A stretch of DNA of 64,000 nt from NCBI GenBank assembly GCA_034717895.1, contig JAYEMD010000155.1, forward strand, positions 2,813 through 66,812, in the 5' to 3' direction. The notes beneath the pieces were generated by a model. The model had not been told where the DNA came from. It searched no databases and saw only the letters and a program-made list of their open reading frames with translations. Positions 30,910-38,640 of the stretch are shown in pieces. The DNA is from Campylobacterota bacterium (GTDB lineage Bacteria; Campylobacterota; Campylobacteria; Campylobacterales; Arcobacteraceae). Positions within the stretch are counted from its first letter, which is position 1. Each line of letters opens with the position of its first letter. A program made the translations under genes and the position numbers.

Positions 30910-31503
30910 CTAATTATCTGTAATTTCACCTCTTAATTTTTCATTATCCTCTATAAGATGTTCTATTTTGCCATTTAGTTTATTTATCTCTTCAATGTGC
31001 TGATGTGAACTCTTTGAAACCTCTCTTAGTTCCTCAATCTGTTTTTTAAGATTTGTATTTTCTTTGTTTAGAAGATCATTATTCTCTTTTAAAAGATCGT
31101 TATCTATTTTTAGCATATCATCTTCAACTTTTAATATATCCTTTTGCTCTTTTAACATCTCCACTTCATCTTTCAATAGCTTGCTAAAGTCGGTCTCTTT
31201 ATCACTATCTGAAGTGTGAGCGGTATGCGGCTCATTAAGCACACCTGAATTACGAAGCTTTTGCAGTATCAATTTAAGTTTAATATTTTCTGTTTTAAGG
31301 GTACTTGACTCTTCTGTTTTTTTTCTCAATGATAAATTTTCTTTTTCAACCTCTTTGTGAGATTTCTCTAAAAATTCATGTCTTTTTTCAAGCAATTCAT
31401 AATGGTGATCTTTAACTTTTATTTTCTCTTTTAAACTCATATTCTCTCTATATCCAAGAATAAGTCCACCAAATGCTACAATAAAAAATAATATCTCTGT
31501 CAT
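30910..31503 (-). CDS. Membrane-anchored coiled-coil protein, unknown function
   Basis: N-terminal TM helix ILFFIVAFGGLILGY followed by about 170 aa of heptad-rich K/E/L/N sequence. Confidence 0.5.
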   Translation of the reverse strand: MTEILFFIVAFGGLILGYRENMSLKEKIKVKDHHYELLEKRHEFLEKSHKEVEKENLSLRKKTEESSTLKTENIKLKLILQKLRNSGVLNEPHTAHTSDSDKETDFSKLLKDEVEMLKEQKDILKVEDDMLKIDNDLLKENNDLLNKENTNLKKQIEELREVSKSSHQHIEEINKLNGKIEHLIEDNEKLRGEITDN

Positions 31504-31602
31504 CTTATACCCCTTTTAAAATATTTTACCTTATTTTGGTTGAAGATAACAATTTGTTAATTTTCCTTTTTTTAGAAAGAAACCAAACCAACAGAAAAGT
31601 TT

Positions 31603-32823
31603 CTATTGATTAACAATAAAAAAATTCTCCCCATCCCTATACATATAGCCAAGCTTAAATCCATGAAGCTTGGCTATCTCGTTTACAATATATAGCCCAA
31701 GACCATACCCGGAAGAGTTCTTTCTCTCCTGAACAAAGGCTTGCGTGTAGTGGCTAAGTTCTTTTTTCAAAGGTGAACCTTTTGATATAACCTCTATATT
31801 ATTTTTATTAAATCTTACCTCTACATGATCTATGGAAGAGTATTTAAAACCGTTATCTATTAGATTTTTTATCATGGTGGCAATTAGTTCTTTATTGGCT
31901 ATTATTTTGCAGTTATTTATTGTGTATGATATTTGTTTCTCGTCTTTGTTTAGTATGATCATGATCTGGTTCATCATCTCTTTTATATTCACGTTTTCTT
32001 TTTTTATCTGCAGATGGATGGTTTTTAGTTTTTCTATATTTGAAAGCTGGTTTATTATGCCGTTTAGGTTGTTTAAATTTTTTATTAAAAGCTTTTTATC
32101 TTCTTGATTGTCTGTTTTTATCATATTTGCTAAAAATATCCCTTTTGTTATAGGAGTTTTTAGTTCGTGGATTATATTTTTCATAAAAAGATTTTTGGAG
32201 TTTATAAGGTGTTCTATATTTGCGATAGCTTCATTGAAACTTTTTGAGATCTGACCTATCTCATCGTTGGAGTTTATAGTTGATCTGACCGTAAGGTCAC
32301 CTTTGCTAAACATCTCTATAGTTTGGTTTAGTTCTTTTAGTGGTTTTAGTTTTTTTAATAAAGCAAGATATAGTATATATATTATCATTAAAAGTAAAAC
32401 TAAAATAGAAATAGAGATATAAAAATTGTAATGCTTTAGAGGCTTTGTTTTTAGCATGATGTTATATCCGATACTTTGTATATATAGATACCTCTTTTTT
32501 TTAAGTTCAAATACCCTTACTCTAAGTATCTCTGTCTCTTTTGTATGTAAAGTTTTTGCATTGTTTAAAATTTGTAAAAATTTTTCTTTATCTTTTATCT
32601 GTTTAAGCTGTAACTTTTTTGCAAGTGTTCCTATCTCATCTTGCGTGGGTGAGTATTTGAACTTTGTTAAAAAAGTATTGGCTGTAAGCTCAAAGTTTTT
32701 TTGCATATTTTGTTTGTGTATCTGTTTATCAAGTTTTATAAATACGATAAATAAACTAACTATTGATATAAGAGTAACCGTAAAGATGATATTTATAAAA
32801 GTTGTTATGGAGATATTTTTCAT
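31603..32823 (-). CDS. Sensor histidine kinase (CprS-like position downstream of htrA)
   Basis: Two TM helices, HAMP, H-box HELKTPIT, N-box LIDNGFKYS, G-box GYGLGLYIV. 4-nt overlap with the regulator gene. Confidence 0.85.
   Translation of the reverse strand: MKNISITTFINIIFTVTLISIVSLFIVFIKLDKQIHKQNMQKNFELTANTFLTKFKYSPTQDEIGTLAKKLQLKQIKDKEKFLQILNNAKTLHTKETEILRVRVFELKKKRYLYIQSIGYNIMLKTKPLKHYNFYISISILVLLLMIIYILYLALLKKLKPLKELNQTIEMFSKGDLTVRSTINSNDEIGQISKSFNEAIANIEHLINSKNLFMKNIIHELKTPITKGIFLANMIKTDNQEDKKLLIKNLNNLNGIINQLSNIEKLKTIHLQIKKENVNIKEMMNQIMIILNKDEKQISYTINNCKIIANKELIATMIKNLIDNGFKYSSIDHVEVRFNKNNIEVISKGSPLKKELSHYTQAFVQERKNSSGYGLGLYIVNEIAKLHGFKLGYMYRDGENFFIVNQ
31645..31677 (-). repeat. Perfect 12-bp inverted repeat inside the 3' end of the kinase gene
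   Basis: ATAGCCAAGCTT-aaatccatg-AAGCTTGGCTAT. It lies 40-75 nt upstream of the stop and encodes IAKLHGFKLGY. Confidence 0.8.
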
Positions 32824-33488
32824 CTAATTAGTTTATATCCCATCCCTCTTACGCTGTGGATATATTTTTTACTATTGTCAAAAAGGGCTATTTTTTGTCT
32901 TATTCTTGATATGATCACATCTATATTTTTTAAACTGCTTTCATCATCTATATGTGTAGAGTCGTATATCATCTGCTCTCTTGATACCACACCGTTTTTA
33001 TTTTTTAAAAGAGTTCTAAGTATATCAAACTCGGCAAGGGTAAGATCCAACTGATTATTGTTAAATCTTATTGTATGTGAATCTTCATCAAGCTTAAAGG
33101 TATCATCAGTTTGTGTTGAATCCTCTTGTCTCCTTAATACGGTTTTTATTCTGGCTTCCAGTTCTCTTGGGTCATATGGTTTTGGCAGATAATCATCTGC
33201 ACCCCTCTCAAGCCCCATGATCTTATCAAGAAGATCATCTCTAGCTGATGATATTATCACAGGTATCTTTGAGATTTTTCTTATTTTTAGAAGAAGTTCT
33301 AGTCCGTCTATATCCGGTAAAGTAAGGTCAAGTATCATAAAATCGTAGTTATGGTTTGAAGAAAGTATATTAATACTCTCCAAACCGTTTAAAAGATTTG
33401 TAACTTTAATATCTCGTGTAGATAAATATCTTGTGATAATATCTGCTAACTCTTTATCATCTTCAACCATTAAGATATTTATCATCAT
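32820..33488 (-). CDS. OmpR-family response regulator (CprR-like position)
   Basis: REC (MVEDD, MILDLTLPDIDG, PKP) plus winged helix (LTLAEFDILRTL...SVRGMGYKLI). Confidence 0.9.
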   Translation of the reverse strand: MMINILMVEDDKELADIITRYLSTRDIKVTNLLNGLESINILSSNHNYDFMILDLTLPDIDGLELLLKIRKISKIPVIISSARDDLLDKIMGLERGADDYLPKPYDPRELEARIKTVLRRQEDSTQTDDTFKLDEDSHTIRFNNNQLDLTLAEFDILRTLLKNKNGVVSREQMIYDSTHIDDESSLKNIDVIISRIRQKIALFDNSKKYIHSVRGMGYKLIR

Positions 33489-33493
33489 TTATC

Positions 33494-34906
33494 CTATTTT
33501 ATAACTGTTACCATAAATCTGCCGTATCTGTTCACATAGATTCTTTTAGAGATATTTCTGTATTTTCTTAAAGCTCTTTGAACATCCTGCATATTATCAA
33601 TCTCTATATTTTCTATCTGTATTATAATATCTCCTGCTTGAAAACCAACTTTTTCAGCTTTGCTTGAAGCTTTTACGTCATGTATCAATACTCCCTTTGA
33701 ATCTTTTGGCAGTCTAAATTTTGTTATATTTTCATTTGAAAGCTCACTTAAATACAATCCGTTTAAAACAGTCTTGGTTTTAGAGATAGTTTGTATAGAG
33801 TCTCTAGATCCTAATACTATATCAATAAGTATGTTTTTTTTATCTCTTTCTATTTTTAATCTTACTTTTTCATTTGGTTTAAAAGAGCCTATAAGTCTGC
33901 TGAAATCTTGAGCATCTTTAACTTTTATGCCGTTTACCTCATATACTAGGTCACCTCTTTTTAGCTTATACTTATATGCAGGGGTCTCTTTTGAGATATC
34001 TAGTATCAAAGCTCCCTCTTTTTTGTTATATAGATCTCTTAGCTCTTCACTTATATCACCTATAGAAACACCAAGGTAACCTCTGGTTACTTTACCCTCT
34101 TGGACAAGCTTTGTTATGATATTCTTTACCATAGATACGGGTATGGCAAAACCTACACCGTTATTACCGCCGCTTCTTGTCATAATGGCACTGTTTATAC
34201 CAATAAGGGCACCTCTGCTGTCTATAAGGGCACCTCCCGAATTTCCAGGATTTATCGAAGCGTCTGTTTGGATAAAGTTTTCATATCTATTGATACCCAC
34301 TTTATTTTTATTAAGTGCAGATATTATCCCCTGTGTTGTAGTTTGACCAACTCCAAATGGATTACCTATGGCAAATACAAGGTCACCTATTAGAAGTGAT
34401 CGAGAGCTTCCAACTTTAATAGGCTTTATGTTTTTAGCATCTATTTTTATAACCGCAAGATCACTGTCCTTATCACTTCCTATTAGCTTGGCACTGTACT
34501 CTTTTGAGTTTGTTCCAAGAGTTACAATGATCTCATCAGCATTTTCAACCACATGGGCATTTGTTGCAATGTAACCCTCTTTTGAAAGTATTACCCCTGA
34601 ACCGAGTGATTTTTGAATCCTCTCCTTTGGAAAACTATCCCCAAACCCTTTTCCGAAGAACTCTTTGAAAAATGGATCGGAAAACATCTGTTCCATTGGG
34701 TTATTTCTGTTTGATATTCTTTTTTTAGTTGAGATGTTTACAACACTTTCAACGGCATCTTTAATACTTGAGTTAAAAGATGCTATCTCATTATTATTTT
34801 TTATAGTTACTCTTTTTGGTTTTTGTTCTATAATATTCAGATCAAGAGAATTACCAAGTAATACTACCGATGAAAATATAGATAAAAAAAGTTTATGTTT
34901 TATCAT
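33494..34906 (-). CDS. htrA: Periplasmic serine protease/chaperone HtrA (DegP family), 2 PDZ
   Basis: Signal peptide. Catalytic His (ATNAHVV), Asp (DSDLAVIKI), Ser (GNSGGAL). Two PDZ-like regions. Confidence 0.93.
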   Translation of the reverse strand: MIKHKLFLSIFSSVVLLGNSLDLNIIEQKPKRVTIKNNNEIASFNSSIKDAVESVVNISTKKRISNRNNPMEQMFSDPFFKEFFGKGFGDSFPKERIQKSLGSGVILSKEGYIATNAHVVENADEIIVTLGTNSKEYSAKLIGSDKDSDLAVIKIDAKNIKPIKVGSSRSLLIGDLVFAIGNPFGVGQTTTQGIISALNKNKVGINRYENFIQTDASINPGNSGGALIDSRGALIGINSAIMTRSGGNNGVGFAIPVSMVKNIITKLVQEGKVTRGYLGVSIGDISEELRDLYNKKEGALILDISKETPAYKYKLKRGDLVYEVNGIKVKDAQDFSRLIGSFKPNEKVRLKIERDKKNILIDIVLGSRDSIQTISKTKTVLNGLYLSELSNENITKFRLPKDSKGVLIHDVKASSKAEKVGFQAGDIIIQIENIEIDNMQDVQRALRKYRNISKRIYVNRYGRFMVTVIK

Positions 34907-35045
34907 TATTTACCCCTTTTTAAGTTGATTAATAGGATTATAATATATAAATATTAACCGATTAGTTGTAATAGTAAACAAAAAGTAAATAGATTAACTA
35001 AACTTATAGTATGATATTACAATAAAATTACATTAAGGCAATAAT

Positions 35046-36221
35046 ATGTTTTTTGGCAATAATTATAAAATAGAATTAGAGAGCTTGCAGCAAGAGTACA
35101 AACAACTTAAAAATGAAAATTCAAGAAGCAATTCAAAAATTATGGATCTTAATAATCAACTTGATCAAAAAGATAGAGAAAATAGTGAATTAAGAAGAGA
35201 AATAGAACTATTGGAACAAAATATCTCCCAGATCAGTTCTCAAAATAATCAAGATGATCAAACCTTACATTCACTTGAAGGTGCACAAGAGCTTTTCAAG
35301 TTTGAGAATACCCATCTAAAAAATGGACTTTTGGATATCCAGGCAAATATAGCAGAATCAACAGAGCTTTCCAGGGAAAGTTTAGCTAAGTCGGAGGGGA
35401 TAACTACTGTTTATGAAGAGACTACGGAAAAACTTGATTCTATTTTAAATACTATAGGTACTTTAAATAGTGATGCACATCAGATAAACAGTGTAATTAC
35501 CGAACTAAATTCAAAAGCATCTGCTATATCTGATGCGGTAGTTACGATTGATCAGATATCGTTCCAAACAAATATCTTATCTTTAAATGCTGCAGTAGAA
35601 GCAGCTACTGCAGGTGAGGCAGGCAAAGGGTTTGCAGTAGTTGCACAAGAGGTTAGAAATCTTGCAAGTCGTTCTGCAGAATCTGCAAAACAGATAACGG
35701 AAGTGGTTAATTCTATTCAGGAGAGTGTAAAGCTTACAAATGATAGATTTAACAATATGACAAAAGCTATAGATAAAGTATCTGAAGAAACATCAAATTA
35801 TTCATCTTCTATGGGTTCTGTTATGGTAAGTTCAAAAGAGACTTTTAACGGCTTAGAGCATATTACGGATAGAGTATTTATGAGTCTTGCAAAACTAGAT
35901 CATGTTATCTGGAAAGTGAACACTTATCTTTCCGTATCACAAAGAGAACCTGCATTTAAATTTGTTGATCATAAAAATTGTCGTTTGGGTAAATGGTACA
36001 GCCAAGGGCTTGGGAAGAAATACTTCTCAAATACGCCAAGCTACTCCAAGCTGGACAGACCACACTCTATTGTTCATAACGGTACACACAGGGTGTTTGA
36101 TATTATATCAAAAGAGGGTGAGCTTGATTATGATGGAACAATGGAAGCCTTTAAAGAGATGGAAAGTGCAAGTGAAGATGTATTTGCCCTGCTTGATACT
36201 ATCTTACATGAAAGAGATTAG
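35046..36221 (+). CDS. Soluble chemoreceptor with C-terminal CZB (chemoreceptor zinc-binding) domain, TlpD-like
   Basis: No TM segment. N-terminal coiled coil. MCP hairpin [43 protein letters not shown] signature HVIWKV...[10 protein letters not shown]...HSIVHNGTH. Confidence 0.85.
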   Translation: MFFGNNYKIELESLQQEYKQLKNENSRSNSKIMDLNNQLDQKDRENSELRREIELLEQNISQISSQNNQDDQTLHSLEGAQELFKFENTHLKNGLLDIQANIAESTELSRESLAKSEGITTVYEETTEKLDSILNTIGTLNSDAHQINSVITELNSKASAISDAVVTIDQISFQTNILSLNAAVEAATAGEAGKGFAVVAQEVRNLASRSAESAKQITEVVNSIQESVKLTNDRFNNMTKAIDKVSEETSNYSSSMGSVMVSSKETFNGLEHITDRVFMSLAKLDHVIWKVNTYLSVSQREPAFKFVDHKNCRLGKWYSQGLGKKYFSNTPSYSKLDRPHSIVHNGTHRVFDIISKEGELDYDGTMEAFKEMESASEDVFALLDTILHERD

Positions 36222-36260
36222 TATAAGATACTAATAAACTATTGAAGAGTATAATCAAAC

Positions 36261-36602
36261 ATGATTATAAGAACTTCAATGGTTCTAGTGGAAGTTATAC
36301 TTTCGGTAGTACTTTTTTCTATTGTACTTCTCTACTCACTCAATGTGACTTTGACTGTTTATGAAAAGAACAATAAAGAGTTAAACTATGCAACCACAAA
36401 ATTAAAACTGGAAACTGCAAGATTATTTTTATTAAAACACAAAGATCTCTCAAAACTACTTTTTGTAGATAATATTTTATTTTATGATAACAATATCCTT
36501 ATTGATAATGTAATATCGTTCAATATACAAGAGGAATCAAATAACATAAAATCTATAGATATAACAGTAGATGATCTCACCCAAAATTGGAAAATAAAAT
36601 AG
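36261..36602 (+). CDS. Hypothetical small protein with prepilin-like N-terminus
   Basis: N-terminus MIIRTS-MVLVEVILSVVLFSIVLL has basic residues, a small residue, then a hydrophobic helix with Glu at +5 relative to Met7. 113 aa. Confidence 0.4.
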   Translation: MIIRTSMVLVEVILSVVLFSIVLLYSLNVTLTVYEKNNKELNYATTKLKLETARLFLLKHKDLSKLLFVDNILFYDNNILIDNVISFNIQEESNNIKSIDITVDDLTQNWKIK

Positions 36603-36603
36603 T

Positions 36604-36927
36604 ATGAAAAGATCTTTTGTTCTTATTGTTTCAATTATACTTATAGTTTTAATCTCATCCTCTGCGATATTTTTAACACAAACAAAAACTGTAAATCATA
36701 ATCTTAATAAGTTAAAATATCTACACCTGCAAGGATCAATTCATATTAAAAGTATAGAGGAAAAAATATTAACAACTCCAAAAAGCGATATAGATAATAT
36801 AACACTGGTTGATTCTCGCTATAGTATGACAATTTTAAATGATGAAGATAATGGGAGTATATATTATATCAATATTGAAACAATAGACGATACACCTATA
36901 AGATTAAGTAAAAAAGTAATAAAATAG
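36604..36927 (+). CDS. Hypothetical small protein with pseudopilin-like N-terminus lacking Glu5
   Basis: N-terminus MKRS-FVLIVSIILIVLISSSAIFL. Starts 1 nt after the stop of the previous ORF. 107 aa. Confidence 0.4.
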   Translation: MKRSFVLIVSIILIVLISSSAIFLTQTKTVNHNLNKLKYLHLQGSIHIKSIEEKILTTPKSDIDNITLVDSRYSMTILNDEDNGSIYYINIETIDDTPIRLSKKVIK

Positions 36928-36947
36928 GAAAAATAAAAAGGATTTGT

Positions 36948-37442
36948 ATGGATAGGCTTTATGCCCCTTGGAGAACTGAGTATATAACAAAAAACGGCAA
37001 AAAAATAGAGGGGTGTGTTTTTTGTCATATTGTTGATAGTAATGACGATGAGGAGCTTGGGGTATTGTACAGAGAAGATGATTTTTTTATTGTTATGAAC
37101 AAATATCCATATTCTCCGGGACACTTTATGATAATCCCAAATCACCATACGGCAAATCTTGAAGATCTATCTGCTGAAACCTTTGCAAAGATGTCAAATA
37201 TGGCACAAAGGGGTGTAAAACTTTTAAAAGAGGTCTTAAATGCACAGGGTGTAAACATAGGTATGAACCTGGGAGTTGCAGGGGGAGCGGGAATAGCTCC
37301 ACATATACATCTACACTTGGTACCTAGATGGACGGGAGATACAAACTTTATAACAACTATCGGTGACAGCAGGGTTTACAGTGCAGATTTTGATAAGGTA
37401 TATAAAAAAATAAAAGATGTCTGTGCAGATTATTTTAGATGA
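36948..37442 (+). CDS. HIT-family nucleotide hydrolase/transferase
   Basis: LYAPWRTEYI N-terminus and histidine triad APHIHLHLVPRW. Confidence 0.85.
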   Translation: MDRLYAPWRTEYITKNGKKIEGCVFCHIVDSNDDEELGVLYREDDFFIVMNKYPYSPGHFMIIPNHHTANLEDLSAETFAKMSNMAQRGVKLLKEVLNAQGVNIGMNLGVAGGAGIAPHIHLHLVPRWTGDTNFITTIGDSRVYSADFDKVYKKIKDVCADYFR

Positions 37443-38115
37443 TCATAAGTTCACTGTAACTCACAGAACAAATAAAAAGATCAAAAGGATATCGTTACAG
37501 CTTGAAAGCAAAAATGAGATAGTTCTTAAAACACCCCTTGGTGTAAAGTCCCATATGATCAAAGAGATTATTTTTTCTCACAAAGAGTGGATACTAAAAA
37601 CTATAAATAAGGTACCTTCAAAAAACAAGTTTGATTTTGTAACGGGCGGTATTGTTCCGTTTTTAGGTAAAGAGTATCCTATGAAAATAGAACAGAATAA
37701 TAGTATAAAAAAAGTAAAGTTCACTTTTTTGGGCGACTCATTTTTAGTTCAGCACCATGAGGATATCACCTCTTATGAGGATTTTGTAGAGGGTGTAAAA
37801 ACTTTCTATAAGCACAGTGCCGTAAAAGTAATAGATCCCATATTTGATGAATGGACATTTAAAACAAAACTCTTTCCAAACAAAATAAGCTACAGATTTG
37901 CAAAGACAAGATGGGGCAGCTGTTCTTATGAAAACAATATATCCATAAACTATAAGCTTTTACAGTTTGATAAAGAGTGTATAGAGTATGTGGTGTTGCA
38001 TGAACTGTGTCATATAGAGGAGAAAAATCACTCTAAAAGATTTTGGAATCTAGTAAGTTTATATATGCCTGATTATAAGCAGGTTGAAAAAAATATCAGA
38101 GATAGATTTTTCTAA
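37417..38115 (+). CDS. YgjP-like M48/DUF45 metal-dependent hydrolase
   Basis: HELCHIEEKNHSKRFW (HExxH...H) near the C-terminus. Overlaps the HIT gene by 26 nt. Confidence 0.8.
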   Translation: MSVQIILDDHKFTVTHRTNKKIKRISLQLESKNEIVLKTPLGVKSHMIKEIIFSHKEWILKTINKVPSKNKFDFVTGGIVPFLGKEYPMKIEQNNSIKKVKFTFLGDSFLVQHHEDITSYEDFVEGVKTFYKHSAVKVIDPIFDEWTFKTKLFPNKISYRFAKTRWGSCSYENNISINYKLLQFDKECIEYVVLHELCHIEEKNHSKRFWNLVSLYMPDYKQVEKNIRDRFF

Positions 38116-38117
38116 GA

Positions 38118-38360
38118 CTACTCATCCTCAGAATCAAACTGACCAATAGAGGGGATTGTAAGCATGATATTTTTTAGTTTTTTCTCAAAATGTATCAACT
38201 CTTGAGTTTTTCTCATGTAAGCTAACAGCAGATCCTCTGTGGAAAGGTTTGAATCGGTGGTTAAAAATTTCTTTAATCCATCTTCAAGAGTACCGTCCGG
38301 GTCCTCACCCAAATCTACAGTATAAGCGGAATGGTTGATATGAAAGGTGATCTTTTTCAA
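38118..38360 (-). CDS. Hypothetical small protein (weak ZapA-like pattern)
   Basis: 80 aa. ITFHINHSAYTVDLGEDP...LLLAYMRKTQELIHFEKK loosely follows the ZapA layout. 4-nt overlap with the upstream coiled-coil ORF. Confidence 0.35.
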   Translation of the reverse strand: MKKITFHINHSAYTVDLGEDPDGTLEDGLKKFLTTDSNLSTEDLLLAYMRKTQELIHFEKKLKNIMLTIPSIGQFDSEDE

Positions 38361-38548
38361 ATCCTGTTATCCCCTTTTAATTTACTTTGTATTGTCATCA
38401 ACATATCCTGACTATTTCTTGTAACCAAATCGTGCTGACCCTTTAGTTCTTTTAGTTGAGCTTTTAATTTTTTATTCTCTTTTAATAAGAACTCAAACTC
38501 TTTTGACATATTATTCAGTTTATTTGTTAATTCATCCAAGATATTCAT
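38357..38548 (-). CDS. Hypothetical small coiled-coil protein (ZapB-like in composition)
   Basis: 63 aa, heptad-rich (FEFLLKENKKLKAQLKELKGQ). Divergent from alaS. Confidence 0.35.
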   Translation of the reverse strand: MNILDELTNKLNNMSKEFEFLLKENKKLKAQLKELKGQHDLVTRNSQDMLMTIQSKLKGDNRI

Positions 38549-38579
38549 ACTTTTATTTTATCATATAAATACTGAAAAT

Positions 38580-38609
38580 TAATGGTTTTAATGGTTTTTT
38601 TGGTAGAAT
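38580..38609 (+). promoter_or_regulatory. Probable alaS promoter: tandem TAATGGTTT repeat plus extended -10
   Basis: TAATGGTTT occurs twice in tandem (38580-38597), immediately upstream of TGgTAGAAT (38601-38609). This is 32 nt before the alaS ATG. Confidence 0.45.
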
Positions 38610-38640
38610 CACGAGATAAATTAAAATAGATGGATAACAT

